Source: Thermodesulfobacteriota bacterium (GTDB lineage Bacteria; Desulfobacterota; Binatia; Bin18). From it: a stretch of DNA of 64,000 nucleotides. The notes under the pieces are model-generated. The model was given only the letters and a program-made list of their open reading frames with translations, was not told the origin of the DNA and did not search any database. Location: the NCBI GenBank assembly GCA_964291405.2, contig OZ219926.1, forward strand, positions 2,912,001-2,976,000. The letters are read 5' to 3'. Every line of letters begins with the position of its first letter. Position 1 is the first letter of the stretch. The position numbers and the translations under genes are program-made. Of this stretch, positions 48,762-59,252 are shown piece after piece.

Positions 48762-49697
48762 CTATCGTGAGGTCTGAGCGTCCGAGGGCGCGATTGGGCC
48801 AACCTCAATCCAGCCCTCGCCGACCAGGACACAGGCTCCACCGATCCAGGTGTCCGTGACAACGCCCTGGCGTTTCTCCGCCCGCGCCTCAAGCAGACTG
48901 GGGCGGCCCAGTTCTACCCCTTGGCGAATGCGCCAGTTGCTCATGCCCTGCGAGTGTGCGTAGTGGCTGAGCAGACCGGCCAGGGCGCAGTTTGCACTGC
49001 CCGTGGCCGGGTCTTCAGGTACACCAAACAGGGGAGCGAATACGCGAGCTCGGATATCCGAGGCGGCATCATCACTCCTAGTGTATGCGTGAACGAGGGG
49101 AGGGAGGTCATCGGCGACCAGTGTCTCCAACTTCTCCCTATTCACCCGTATCCGCCCTAGCCCGGCACGGTCCCGGACCTCAACGAAGAGGAACGGCAGG
49201 CCAACCGAGGCGACTTGCGGCAGATGGGTTCGGGTTACGATATCGTCCGCGGTCAGAGACAGCATCGCCGCCACCGTTCCTACATTGACGGTCTTGCCCA
49301 GCGACAGGCGTTCCGGAGCGGTCAGCTCACACCAGACTGACTGGTCCGGCCGCTTGCGGATCGTGATCGGCACCAGTCCTGCCCGCTCTTCAAACGTCAC
49401 GCTGAGAGCGGCGTCGATCGTGCCCAGGCGGCCCGTCGCCGCCAGAACAAACGCCGTGCCGATATTGGGATGCCCGGCAAAGGGCACCTCCGCCATCGGC
49501 GTGAAGATGCGTACCTTATTCGTATGCCCCGCTTCTTCCGGCGGGAGTACAAAGGTCGTCTCAGAGAAATTAAACTCGCGCGCAACCTGCTGCATGCGCT
49601 CACTCGACAGGCCCGCCGCCTGGGGTAAAACCGCTAACTGATTGCCACCGAAGCGCGTATCCGTAAAAACGTCACACAGGTAATAGCGATACCGCAT
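48762..49697 (-). CDS. PhzF family isomerase
   Basis: DVFT...GGNQLAV, EVPFAGHP and EDPATGSA. Confidence 0.92.
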   Translation of the reverse strand: MRYRYYLCDVFTDTRFGGNQLAVLPQAAGLSSERMQQVAREFNFSETTFVLPPEEAGHTNKVRIFTPMAEVPFAGHPNIGTAFVLAATGRLGTIDAALSVTFEERAGLVPITIRKRPDQSVWCELTAPERLSLGKTVNVGTVAAMLSLTADDIVTRTHLPQVASVGLPFLFVEVRDRAGLGRIRVNREKLETLVADDLPPLVHAYTRSDDAASDIRARVFAPLFGVPEDPATGSANCALAGLLSHYAHSQGMSNWRIRQGVELGRPSLLEARAEKRQGVVTDTWIGGACVLVGEGWIEVGPIAPSDAQTSR

Positions 49698-49894
49698 AGC
49701 TGATCCTGCCCGCCCATCCCTGATAGGCAATCCAAAGCGATCTTTCAAGCGTCAGTCGTACTCCCGGCGTCCCGGACCCAGACAACAGATTGACAAGTTT
49801 CTCAGGAAGTTGACAATACAGTGGAAACCGGCGTCGCCTGTTTTCGCTTAGCGAGTCAAGGCGCCTGCCCGATCCGATATAAAGGAGGAAGAAT

Positions 49895-51337
49895 ATGCCA
49901 ACCCAAAAATTCGCACCCATGACCAAGGATTTCCCGACCTTTGACTGCGATGCGCATGTCACGGAGCCGCCCTGGATTTGGGAGCAGGCCAAGGACTGGC
50001 TGACCAGGGATGAGCTGGAAGCGCTCAAGACCACGATGTGGTTTGACCAGGAGACCAAACAGCTCATCGTCAACGGCCATGCCGGCGCGGGTCTGGGCTC
50101 ACAACGGATCGGTGGCACGCCCGGCGTTGTGAACATCCTCTCCCTGGCCGGACCGGGACTCAAGCATGACATCCAGCGCGCCATTAATGTCCGCAACCTG
50201 CACCCTGAGACGGCGATCTCTCAGGAGCAGGCCGCCTATCTGGACCACAAGGGCTCCTACGAGCCAACGGCCCGCCTGCGTGATATGGACGTGCAGGGCA
50301 TAGACCAGGTGATGATTATCCCGACCGATATCGACACCTATCCCTGGCTGCAAAACGCAGTTGGGGCCAAGGCCATGTGCAAAGCCTATAACGAATGGGC
50401 GCATGGGTATTGCCAAGCCGACCCCGAGCGGATCTTTTTTGCGGCCCTGCTGCCCCTGCAGGATCCGGTGTTTGCCACGGAAGAACTCTACCGGGTGGCG
50501 GACAAAGGCTGCCGGGTTGGCTTGGTTCGTCCGATTGACGCCATGGGCAACTATCCGCTCCAGCCCAAGTATGAGCCGCTGTGGCAGGCTATGGAGGAGA
50601 CCGGCGTGGTCTACGGCATGCACCCCTTCCCGGCCTTTGGCGCGCTGAAACCCCCAGGCTATACGGCCCAGTATTCCGGGGCGGAGTTGATCGCTCGCAC
50701 GGTCACCACCGCGGGCCTGCCCCACCAATTTTTGACCAACGTCCAAAACTTCCAGTCCGAGGCTGCGCTCTGGGTTGTCATGGTGCTCATGTCCGGCTTT
50801 TTTGAGAAATATCCCAAGCTCCGGGCTGCGGTATTTGAGGCCTCTTCGACCTGGCTGAGCTTCCTGCTGGACGAGTGCGACAAGATGTACAAGCTGTATC
50901 GCAACGAGCGCGAGTTGCCGCCGCTCAAGCGGCTGCCGAGCGAAACCTTTTTCAGCCATTGCGTGACCGGCTTTGAGGGCGATGAAGCCCCGCCGTCGCG
51001 CTTGCCGGACTTCTATGGCGATATTCTGGCTTGGTCGTCCGACGTCTACCACCATGATGGCGACGACGCCTGGCGGGCGATTGAAACGATGCGCGCGTGT
51101 AACCTGTCTGAGTCCCATCAGACACGGTTTCTCGGGGAAAACGCCCGCAAGCTGTACAATATAGAAGCCCCGAAGACCTTCATCCGTACACGGGTAACCG
51201 AGATCGAGCGGCCGGACTGGTGGCCGTCCGAGACGGAAATTCAACGCGCCCTGGAGCCCGAAGCCTCGCTGGTGCGTCCCTACGGCGAAGGCGCACACCG
51301 GGTCAACGGTCATGCGGTCGAAGGAGACCGGGCATGA
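49895..51337 (+). CDS. Amidohydrolase_2 family protein
   Basis: DCDAHVTEP, RLRDMDVQGID, AYNEW and WSSDVYHHD. Confidence 0.85.
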   Translation: MPTQKFAPMTKDFPTFDCDAHVTEPPWIWEQAKDWLTRDELEALKTTMWFDQETKQLIVNGHAGAGLGSQRIGGTPGVVNILSLAGPGLKHDIQRAINVRNLHPETAISQEQAAYLDHKGSYEPTARLRDMDVQGIDQVMIIPTDIDTYPWLQNAVGAKAMCKAYNEWAHGYCQADPERIFFAALLPLQDPVFATEELYRVADKGCRVGLVRPIDAMGNYPLQPKYEPLWQAMEETGVVYGMHPFPAFGALKPPGYTAQYSGAELIARTVTTAGLPHQFLTNVQNFQSEAALWVVMVLMSGFFEKYPKLRAAVFEASSTWLSFLLDECDKMYKLYRNERELPPLKRLPSETFFSHCVTGFEGDEAPPSRLPDFYGDILAWSSDVYHHDGDDAWRAIETMRACNLSESHQTRFLGENARKLYNIEAPKTFIRTRVTEIERPDWWPSETEIQRALEPEASLVRPYGEGAHRVNGHAVEGDRA

Positions 51338-52623
51338 CCAGGCCGTTTGCCGTTTTTGATAGCGACAGCCACGTCGTCGAGCCGCGGGCGGTCTGGGAGG
51401 AATATCTGGAGCCGGAGTTCCGCACGCTCGGCAAGACGGCCCTGTGGCGCGAGGAAGGCCAGTACGGATCGTATCTCAAGGTCAACGGCAAGATGTTCCG
51501 CGACCCCATGAATCCGAACATCCCGCGTCATGCCATCTGGAAGCCGGGCATGACCTGGGACCAGGTCGGCGACCTCGACCCCAATACCCCGCACGCCAAA
51601 AGCGCCGGCGCGTCAGACCCGCAGGCCCGGCTGGCCGACATGGACGCCATGGGCGTGGACCAGGCATTTCTCTACCCCACCTGGTTTGCCGAGGGCTTTC
51701 ATCTGGTCGAGGATCCGGATGTGGCGGCCGCCCTGGCCCGGGCCTATAACAACTGGCTGGCCGATTTCTGTCAGACGGCCCCAGCGCGGCTCTATGCCGC
51801 GGCCATGCTGCCGCTCCAAAACATGGACTTTGCCCTGGAAGAACTGCGACGGGTGGCCGCGCTGCCGCATTTCCGGGGCGCGTTCATTCGGCCCATGTTT
51901 ATTGAGGGGCATTATTTCACCCATCCGTACTACGATCCGCTCTGGGCCGAGTTGGAGCGCCTGGGCGTGACCGCGGTGGTCCACCCGACACCTGGGCTGT
52001 GGAATCCTGAGTGGACCTCGCACGGCCCGTTTATTGAAAAGATCAAAGATCGGCTGAATCAACAGACCCTGCTAAGCGAGGTCGGCGGGGGGCCCACTGC
52101 TGGTGGTGGCGATGGCCGGTCGAATTTTTCCTTTTTTGCCTCCCCGGCGGTCGGCCATCCGGTCTCTCCGATTCTCTCCGGTTGGCTCGATAACCATATG
52201 TTCGTGGCCTCGACCTTGATCGGCTTTGCGGTGATGCAGCGCTTTCCCGAGCTGAAAGTGGTGGTCGCGCACGGCAAGGCGTCGTGGATGGAAGAGGTGC
52301 TGGAAAAGATGGAGGCCTCGACCAAGACGATTCCGCTCCTCAACTACTATCCGGTGCGGACCGACCCCGAAGAACTGTGGGAAGAGGGCCGGGTGATGCT
52401 CGGCTTTGACGCGGAAGAGCGCATGATCCAGCGGTTACCCCACGCCTTTGCGGAAAAGGTCGTCTGGGGCTCGCGCTATCCCCATCACGATACCACCAGC
52501 GCCTGGGACGCGATCGAGGCCCTGACCCAGGCTGCCGTGGAAGAGCCGCTGATGGCCCGCATGTTGGGCGGCAACGCCGCAGCGCAGTTCGATATTCCGC
52601 TCACGCGGCACGTGAACGGGTAA
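51334..52623 (+). CDS. Amidohydrolase_2 family protein
   Basis: DSDSHVVEP, RLADMDAMGVD, AYNNW and WGSRYPHHD; ATGA overlap with the upstream gene. Confidence 0.85.
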   Translation: MTRPFAVFDSDSHVVEPRAVWEEYLEPEFRTLGKTALWREEGQYGSYLKVNGKMFRDPMNPNIPRHAIWKPGMTWDQVGDLDPNTPHAKSAGASDPQARLADMDAMGVDQAFLYPTWFAEGFHLVEDPDVAAALARAYNNWLADFCQTAPARLYAAAMLPLQNMDFALEELRRVAALPHFRGAFIRPMFIEGHYFTHPYYDPLWAELERLGVTAVVHPTPGLWNPEWTSHGPFIEKIKDRLNQQTLLSEVGGGPTAGGGDGRSNFSFFASPAVGHPVSPILSGWLDNHMFVASTLIGFAVMQRFPELKVVVAHGKASWMEEVLEKMEASTKTIPLLNYYPVRTDPEELWEEGRVMLGFDAEERMIQRLPHAFAEKVVWGSRYPHHDTTSAWDAIEALTQAAVEEPLMARMLGGNAAAQFDIPLTRHVNG

Positions 52624-52663
52624 ACGCGCCCTCCAATAGACAGGCGCGTTTGCTCGTTGAAGC

Positions 52664-53410
52664 CTACCCGCCGTTTATCACAGCTTGTTCGGATACCACC
52701 CACTCCGGCTCTTCCTCATCGGGCGGGTAGCGCCGGAGAATCTGATGCGGGCGATACTGCGCCTTGTAGGCCATGGAGGCGCTGCCCGCCACCCAATAGC
52801 CCAGATAGTGGTAACGCAGTCCCCGCTGCCGCGCGTAGGCGGCCTGACGCAAAATCGAAAAGACTCCGGGCGCGTGGGGCCGCCAGGCCGGGTCATGAAA
52901 GAAATAGATGCTCGATAGCGCCTCGTGTGTCACGTCCGCCAGACCCACCCCAACGAGACGCTCCTGGTCGTAGTACAGAAATTCTCGGGCAAAGCTCCAG
53001 TTTCCCAAGAGAAAGCTGCGGAAATACGCGCGTTCATGGGTTGTCTGGGAGGGCCAGCCGCGCTCGGCGTGCATATACGCATGGTAGGCGTTAAAGAGCC
53101 GAATGTGTTCAGAGGTCAGGGTCGGTTTTTGTACCACGACCCGAATCTCTACATTGCGACGCAGAGTGCGTTTCTGACTGCGAGACAGTCGAAAGTCGTC
53201 CAGCGGCAGACGGAGACTCCGGCACTGGACACACTGCGGGCAGGCGGGCCGAAAGAATTCACAGCCAAAGCGCCGCCAGCCGCGTCTGAGGAGTTCATTA
53301 TACTGTTGGGGTGTCAGGTCGCGGATAATGCGATAGGTCAGAGAGGCCGTTTCCGTCGGCAGATACAGACAGTGATAGGGAGGCGTGGAAAAGCGTTGCA
53401 GCTCGTCAAT
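52664..53410 (-). CDS. Arginyl-tRNA-protein transferase/Bpt family; no canonical start codon in frame
   Basis: In-frame upstream extension CLYLP...GWRRFG...RPACPQCVQC...RSQKR; C-terminal YLGYWV...MAYKAQYRP. Confidence 0.85.
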   Translation of the reverse strand: MDELQRFSTPPYHCLYLPTETASLTYRIIRDLTPQQYNELLRRGWRRFGCEFFRPACPQCVQCRSLRLPLDDFRLSRSQKRTLRRNVEIRVVVQKPTLTSEHIRLFNAYHAYMHAERGWPSQTTHERAYFRSFLLGNWSFAREFLYYDQERLVGVGLADVTHEALSSIYFFHDPAWRPHAPGVFSILRQAAYARQRGLRYHYLGYWVAGSASMAYKAQYRPHQILRRYPPDEEEPEWVVSEQAVINGG

Positions 53411-53470
53411 ACCGCGCGCCCAATGTGTAGGAGACGTTTTCAGCTTTCCTACCTGTAAGAATTTGCCGGC

Positions 53471-53803
53471 TTAATTCTCCAAGCGGGTGAAGCACTTCAC
53501 CCCGATCATTTCCATGATTTTACATTCAAGGACGCGGGTCTGGTTGCTGGGTGGGATCTGAATGACATAGGTTTCGCCCCCGGAGCACTCGGCATTCCAG
53601 TAGGCGGCCTGATTTTCTTTATCCGTACCTTGCAGAAACGAACGCGAGACCTCGGCGCACGGTTTGCCGCTCGTCTGCAAAATGCCCGCCAGCGTTGTGG
53701 CGCGTTCGGCCTTACTCTGGCTGAGTAAGAGTTGATGGCCTTCATTGGCAAAGGCGGGTACCGCAAGAACCAGACCGAGCAGGCATATCCATACTGTCTT
53801 CAT
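53471..53803 (-). CDS. Secreted small Cys-containing hypothetical protein
   Basis: Signal peptide ending AFA; four Cys in the mature part. Confidence 0.7.
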   Translation of the reverse strand: MKTVWICLLGLVLAVPAFANEGHQLLLSQSKAERATTLAGILQTSGKPCAEVSRSFLQGTDKENQAAYWNAECSGGETYVIQIPPSNQTRVLECKIMEMIGVKCFTRLEN

Positions 53804-53872
53804 GACTTCGACTCCAATCCTATTGATACCCTCTATATAAAAGATCGACACCTCAAAGAGGAAACGGGTCAA

Positions 53873-54202
53873 TTACGCTGTCCGGTCCTCTTGGTGCACA
53901 CTCTGATGTATTCTCACTTCCCGCTCAAGCCGTTTCGCTAGTTTATCGCTTGCTATATCCAGCTCATAATCAAGCTGGAGCCCGAGCCAAAACTGAGCGG
54001 ACATTCCAAAATACCGGGCGAGTCGAAGGGCAGTATCGGCAGTCACCCCACGTTTTCCAAGGACGATTTCGTTAATACGCCGGGCGGGAACGCCAATGTC
54101 TAAAGCTAATCGATTCTGGCTCAGGCCCATCGGCTTCAGAAACTCTTCCTGTAACACTTCCCCAGGGTGAGCAGGCTGCAATTTCCTCTTGCTCATTGTC
54201 AT
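53873..54202 (-). CDS. HigA family addiction module antitoxin
   Basis: HPGEVLQEEFL...RINEIVLGKRGVTADTALRLARYFG...FWLGLQ. Confidence 0.92.
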   Translation of the reverse strand: MTMSKRKLQPAHPGEVLQEEFLKPMGLSQNRLALDIGVPARRINEIVLGKRGVTADTALRLARYFGMSAQFWLGLQLDYELDIASDKLAKRLEREVRIHQSVHQEDRTA

Positions 54203-54364
54203 ATGCTCCCTCGCGGCAAGCGTCATAATATATGCTCAGAAAACATGCAGAAAGGTCTCAACACAGACGAGAGGCGATATGTCCTGTCCGCTCATCCTTG
54301 CGGGTCAGGGGCACAAGGGCTAGGCTAGGCCGCGCAAGATACGACCCGATTGGGGTGAGAAGAC

Positions 54365-55210
54365 ATGAAAAATATAAGCACAACACTGACTCGACGCGAA
54401 TTTGTGGTGTCCACCTTAGCCACGGGCTTTGCCCTGGCCGTTCGTCCGGTTTCGGCCCAAACGATAACCACCGATACCAGTGGCCTGGAAGCCGCGGAGG
54501 TCCAGATACCGGTGGGCGATATCACTATTCCCGCCTACCAGGCGTACCCCCAAACCGGCGGGCCCTTCCCGGTCGTGCTGGTCGTTCAGGAAATCTTTGG
54601 TGTGCACGAGCATATCAAAGACATATGCCGCCGCTTCGCCAAGCAGGGCTATCTCGCGGTTGCGCCGGAACTCTACGCCAGGCAGGGCGATGTGTCGCAG
54701 ATGACGGATATCGGTGAGATTATTCGGACGGTGGTGGCCAAGGTTCCGGATGCGCAGGTCATGTCCGACCTGGATGCAACCGTAGCCTGGGTCAAGTCGT
54801 CCGGCACCGGCGACGTGGCCAGACTCGGTATCACCGGCTTTTGCTGGGGCGGGCGTATCGTGTGGATGTATGCCGCCCACAGTCCGCAGGTCAAAGCCGG
54901 AGCGGCCTGGTATGGGCGTCTGGTCGGGCAGGCATCCGACCTCACCCCAAGCCATCCGGTCGATATTGCCGCGCAGCTCCACGCTCCGGTGCTCGGTTTG
55001 TACGGCGCCGCCGATAGCGGTATTCCAAACGAAACGGTCGAACAGATGCGCGCCGCGTTACAGGCGGCGGAAAGCCCCTCCGAGATTATTCTGTATCCCG
55101 ATACGCCCCACGGTTTTCACGCCGACTATCGGGCCAGCTATCGTCAGGAAACGGCCCGGGACGGCTGGCAACGTCTCCTGGCCTGGTTCAAAAGCAACGG
55201 GGTAGCCTAA
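54365..55210 (+). CDS. Dienelactone hydrolase family protein with Tat-like signal
   Basis: TRREFV, QEIFG, GFCWGG and HGFHADYR. Confidence 0.92.
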   Translation: MKNISTTLTRREFVVSTLATGFALAVRPVSAQTITTDTSGLEAAEVQIPVGDITIPAYQAYPQTGGPFPVVLVVQEIFGVHEHIKDICRRFAKQGYLAVAPELYARQGDVSQMTDIGEIIRTVVAKVPDAQVMSDLDATVAWVKSSGTGDVARLGITGFCWGGRIVWMYAAHSPQVKAGAAWYGRLVGQASDLTPSHPVDIAAQLHAPVLGLYGAADSGIPNETVEQMRAALQAAESPSEIILYPDTPHGFHADYRASYRQETARDGWQRLLAWFKSNGVA

Positions 55211-55266
55211 GAGCATCCGAACACAGCGGAGGCGGCCGGGCAGAAGCGGAACGGGACGTGCCGGTT

Positions 55267-55795
55267 CTACCCGGCCTGTGGTTCTATCAGCTCAAGCACG
55301 GCCGGCCACAACTCGCGGTCGTGGACATTATAGCGGTACTCCGCGTCGAGCTTTTCCAAGAGTCGGACGACCTGGGGATATGCCTCACGGTCCCCGTTCC
55401 AGTCGCCGGCCTGTTCGATAATTGCTTCGAGAAAGCCGTGGAGAATCCCCAGAATCCCACCGTGTCCCTGCGTCAGCACCTTGAGGAAAAACGCATGATT
55501 GAGCACAAAGCCCGGCCCCTCAATGAGCCAGCCGATAAATCCGGGCTCCTCTTCTGAGGACTGCTGCCACCAGTGGAGCCAGGCGAACGCCAGCAGCACC
55601 TGTTCCGTATGAGGCAACATATAGAACGTCGCGGCCCAACTCGACGGCAACCCGTCCTCGTGCGACACCTGCGGCAGCCCCGGCTGCGCCTGAGGAGTCG
55701 TGCTCGGCCACCAATTGCCGCCAGTGCTGTCGGGCCTGCGCCAGTAAGGCGTCGGTCCGCGCATGATCGGTCAGACGGGTCAGGAGATAGTGCAT
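55267..55795 (-). CDS. Hypothetical protein, apparently split by a frameshift near 55695
   Basis: N-terminus MHYLLTRLTDHAR... in one frame; C-terminus AQPGLPQV...ELIEPQAG in another. Confidence 0.5.
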
Positions 55796-55837
55796 GGCTC
55801 TTTCCCGACAGGGATGCCACGGTGGATGCCTTGCGTT

Positions 55838-57067
55838 CTAGGCCGAACCCAAAGCGTCCGAGACCCGCTGCAGGGCGGTCTCGACGTTCTCCCGGCTATT
55901 AAACGCGCTCAAGCGCACATAGCCCTCACCGCATTTCCCAAACCCGGCTCCTGGCGTGCAGACCACTCCGGCTTTTTGCAGCAAGCGGTCAAAGAACTCC
56001 CAGGAGTCCGTGTTGGTTTTAATCCACACATAGGGAGAATGCTCTCCGCCAACGCACGCATAACCCAAGCTCGTAATCGCCTCACGGATCAGGGCGGCAT
56101 TGCCGAGGTAGTAGTTGCTCAATTCTCGAATTTGTTTTTTGCCCTCAGGCGAGAAGGCGGCCTCGGCCGCACGCTGCACCGGATAGGAGACGCTGTTGAA
56201 TTTTGTTGACTGGCGCCGGTCCCAGAGCGCGTGGAGCGCATGAGCCGCGCCCTGGGAGTCGTACACCTGGCACTCTCTGGGCACGATGGTGTAGGCGCAG
56301 CGTGTTCCGGTAAAGCCGGCGGTCTTGGACAGACTCCGAAATTCGACCGCAACCTCTTTGGCTCCGTCGATCTCGTAAATGCTCTGCGGCAGGCTGTCGT
56401 CCCGGATAAACTCGACATAGGCCGCGTCATACAGAATGAGGGCTTTGTTCTCCCGCGCGTAGTCCACCCAAAGGCGCAACTGATCTGCGGTAATCATGCT
56501 GCCCGTGGGGTTATTGGGAAAACACAGATAAATGAGGTCAACCGCTTCCTGGGGGAGAGCCGGGATATACCGGTTGTCAGCCGTTGACTCCAGATAGACC
56601 AGCCCCTCATAGCGTCCGTCCCGCCAGGCCGTGGTTCGTCCGGCCATTACATTGGTATCGACATACACCGGGTAGACGGGGTCGGGTACGGCCACACGCG
56701 TGTCCAGGGAAAAAAGCTCCTGAAAATTGCCGGAGTCACACTTCGCGCCGTCACTCACAAAGACTTCGTCGGGCCTCAGCGTCACCCCGCGCGGCTGAAA
56801 ATCTCCGGCCACAATGGCTTCCTGCAAAAAATCATAGCCCAGTTCCGGGCCATAGCCCCGAAAGGTCGTGTCGTCCGCCATCTCATCTACGGCTCGATGA
56901 AAGGCGGTGACGCACGCATCGGGCAGCGCCCGCGTTACATCGCCAATTCCCAACCGAATAATGGCCTGACCCGGATTGTCGGCCTGATAGGCGTTGACCC
57001 GCTTGGCAATATCGGAAAACAGATATGAGGCCTGGAGCTTCAGGTAGTGTTCGTTCATCGTGATCAT
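55838..57067 (-). CDS. dapL: LL-diaminopimelate aminotransferase
   Basis: SYLF, LGIGDVT, GYGPELG, SDGAKCD and SKTAGFTGTRC. Confidence 0.95.
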   Translation of the reverse strand: MITMNEHYLKLQASYLFSDIAKRVNAYQADNPGQAIIRLGIGDVTRALPDACVTAFHRAVDEMADDTTFRGYGPELGYDFLQEAIVAGDFQPRGVTLRPDEVFVSDGAKCDSGNFQELFSLDTRVAVPDPVYPVYVDTNVMAGRTTAWRDGRYEGLVYLESTADNRYIPALPQEAVDLIYLCFPNNPTGSMITADQLRLWVDYARENKALILYDAAYVEFIRDDSLPQSIYEIDGAKEVAVEFRSLSKTAGFTGTRCAYTIVPRECQVYDSQGAAHALHALWDRRQSTKFNSVSYPVQRAAEAAFSPEGKKQIRELSNYYLGNAALIREAITSLGYACVGGEHSPYVWIKTNTDSWEFFDRLLQKAGVVCTPGAGFGKCGEGYVRLSAFNSRENVETALQRVSDALGSA

Positions 57068-57089
57068 GGGGGCTGTCTCCTTCCGGTCC

Positions 57090-58013
57090 TTAGAGTGCGG
57101 GAATGATCTCTTTTGCGCACATCTCCAGATGTTCCATGTCATCAAAAGACGGGTTGAGTAAGAGGTGTTCGGCCCCGGCCCGGACGATCTCGCCGATCTT
57201 ATTGCGGCATTCGTCCAGACTGCCCCAAATGGCGACCTGCGAGGCCATATCCGCATTTTTATACCGGATGCCAAACCACTCCCGTAGCCGCCGTTCCGCG
57301 CGTGCCCGGTCGTTGTCCACCGCGATATAGACCCGCTTGGAGATCGTAAACGTGGCCGGGTCACGATCGGCTTCGTCCAGAAACTGACGGATCAAATTCG
57401 ACTGTCTGATGAAATCCTTGGTTGAGCTTGATCCGGCGCCCATCCAGCCGTCCCCGTGCCGGACGGCGCGGCGGAGCGGTCTTTCCTCGCGCGCGCCAAA
57501 CCAGATAGGCGGGTGAGGTTTTTGCACCGGCTTGGGCTCCATAGCCACATTCTCGAAGTTCCAGAACGTTCCGCTGACCGTGGCCTTGGGCTCTGTCCAC
57601 AGCGCCTTGATGGCTTGAATGCCCTCCACAAAACGCCGGGCACGGAGTTCGCTGGAATAGCCAAAGATGGTCTCCGGAACGTGTCCGCCAACACCCAGAC
57701 CGAAGATGAGCCGGCCCTGACTCATCTGATCCAGGCTCGACAAACTCTTGGCCAGTTGCACCGGGTTGCGCAGTACCGTCAGCAGAACCGAGGTCCCGAG
57801 CCGTGCTTTTGAGGTAATAGCGGCGATATAGTTGAGCAGGGCCACGGGTTCGAGAATGGCAAAGTCACTGACAATACTCTCCTGCACCCACAAGCTTTCG
57901 TAATCGAGGGCTTCGGCGCGCTGAACGAAATCCCGGACGAACGACATATCAACCGGGGTATCGAGAAACACCTGGGGAACGGCAATCCCACACGGAATAG
58001 AGCCTGTAGCCAT
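57090..58013 (-). CDS. LLM-class flavin-dependent oxidoreductase
   Basis: RNPVQLAKSLSSLDQMSQGR, PKPVQKPHPPIWFG and GDGW. Confidence 0.88.
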   Translation of the reverse strand: MATGSIPCGIAVPQVFLDTPVDMSFVRDFVQRAEALDYESLWVQESIVSDFAILEPVALLNYIAAITSKARLGTSVLLTVLRNPVQLAKSLSSLDQMSQGRLIFGLGVGGHVPETIFGYSSELRARRFVEGIQAIKALWTEPKATVSGTFWNFENVAMEPKPVQKPHPPIWFGAREERPLRRAVRHGDGWMGAGSSSTKDFIRQSNLIRQFLDEADRDPATFTISKRVYIAVDNDRARAERRLREWFGIRYKNADMASQVAIWGSLDECRNKIGEIVRAGAEHLLLNPSFDDMEHLEMCAKEIIPAL

Positions 58014-58034
58014 GTCTTGTCTCCTTACATGAGT

Positions 58035-58122
58035 GGTCGGTTGGGTCCATTGGGTCGGTTGAGTCTTTGGGAGTCTTTGGGACCCAAGAAACCCTATAGA
58101 CCCAAGAAACTCAATAGACTCC
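58035..58122. repeat. 9-mer tandem/inverted repeat family copy
   Basis: GGTCGGTT GGGTCCATT GGGTCGGTT GAGTC...GACCCAAGA...GACCCAAGA AACTCAATA GACTC. Confidence 0.75.
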
Positions 58123-58123
58123 C

Positions 58124-59236
58124 CTATTTCCCCGCGATTTCGGCACGTACGATCTGCGCGCCTTTGACCATGGCGCGCAGTTTATTATAGGCGCAGAAAC
58201 GGGGCAGGGCGCGCAGACCGCAATCCGTGGTCAGCGTCACCCGCTCCGGCTCGATGAACTGAAGCACCTTGCGGATGCGCTCCGCCACCTGCTCCGGCGT
58301 CTCGACCTGGAGATTGCGCACATCAATCACCCCAACCGCCACTTCCTTGTCTGCGGGCAGATCTTTCAGAATATGCGCGTCTTCCATCTCGCGGACGGCA
58401 AAGTCGAGCACGTACTGTTCGATCCCGGTGTCGTGCAGGTGGGGCAGGATGGAGCCATAGCCCGCCCCGGACGGGAACAGGCCCTGCGAGGCATTCCCCC
58501 AGGCGGCGCCAAAGCAGAAATGCCAGGCGAGCTTGGCCTCCACACTGTCTATGGTTTTGTTGATGACATCCACCACCCAGCCGAAGTCGTCCGGGTTGCC
58601 GCTGAACAGGGGCAGCCACGCCCCCAGGTCTTCCAGTTGGAGGAAGGAGGCCCCGCTTGCCACCATGTCTTTCATCTCGGCATTAAAAATAGGCGCGAGG
58701 GCGTAGGCCAGGTCTTTCTGGGTTTTGTAGTATTCGAGATGAACGTGATAGGTCAGGTTGATCGGTCCCGCGCCCACGCTACACCGCACCGGTTTTTTGG
58801 TATTGCGCTGGGCAATATGGTATAGATCGGCCAACCGCAGCGGCCCGCGTTTGACCTCGTCGGTCACCGCAGTCGCGCCCCAGTCGGTCAGCCAGGCCGC
58901 ATCATTGGATGAGGCATCTCCGCCTTCAACAATCGGGTGACTGTGTTTTGTTGGCACAAAGCCGTGAATGCGCTCATACCAGTACCAGACAAAAGACCCG
59001 ATGCAGCCGCCGTAGTCGTCGAACCACATCTGACCGTCCGTCAGAATATCCAGCCCGGCCTGCTCCTGGTCTTGCAGCACGGTGCGGGTCGCGTCCTCAA
59101 ACGCCTCGGCATGGTTGACGTCCTTGAACGCCTCCCAGATGTCCCGCCCGTGTAACTGATAGGTAAACCAGTGCGGGCGGGGATACGAACCGACCATGGT
59201 CGTGGGTAGGAGCGTATCGACTATGCTATTCAACAT
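58124..59236 (-). CDS. Cobalamin-independent methionine synthase II (core MetE-like) family protein
   Basis: VGSYPRP, GLDILTDG, HFCFG Zn motif, GVIDV and TTDCG. Confidence 0.88.
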   Translation of the reverse strand: MLNSIVDTLLPTTMVGSYPRPHWFTYQLHGRDIWEAFKDVNHAEAFEDATRTVLQDQEQAGLDILTDGQMWFDDYGGCIGSFVWYWYERIHGFVPTKHSHPIVEGGDASSNDAAWLTDWGATAVTDEVKRGPLRLADLYHIAQRNTKKPVRCSVGAGPINLTYHVHLEYYKTQKDLAYALAPIFNAEMKDMVASGASFLQLEDLGAWLPLFSGNPDDFGWVVDVINKTIDSVEAKLAWHFCFGAAWGNASQGLFPSGAGYGSILPHLHDTGIEQYVLDFAVREMEDAHILKDLPADKEVAVGVIDVRNLQVETPEQVAERIRKVLQFIEPERVTLTTDCGLRALPRFCAYNKLRAMVKGAQIVRAEIAGK

Positions 59237-59252
59237 GGCTGCCTTCTCCTTC

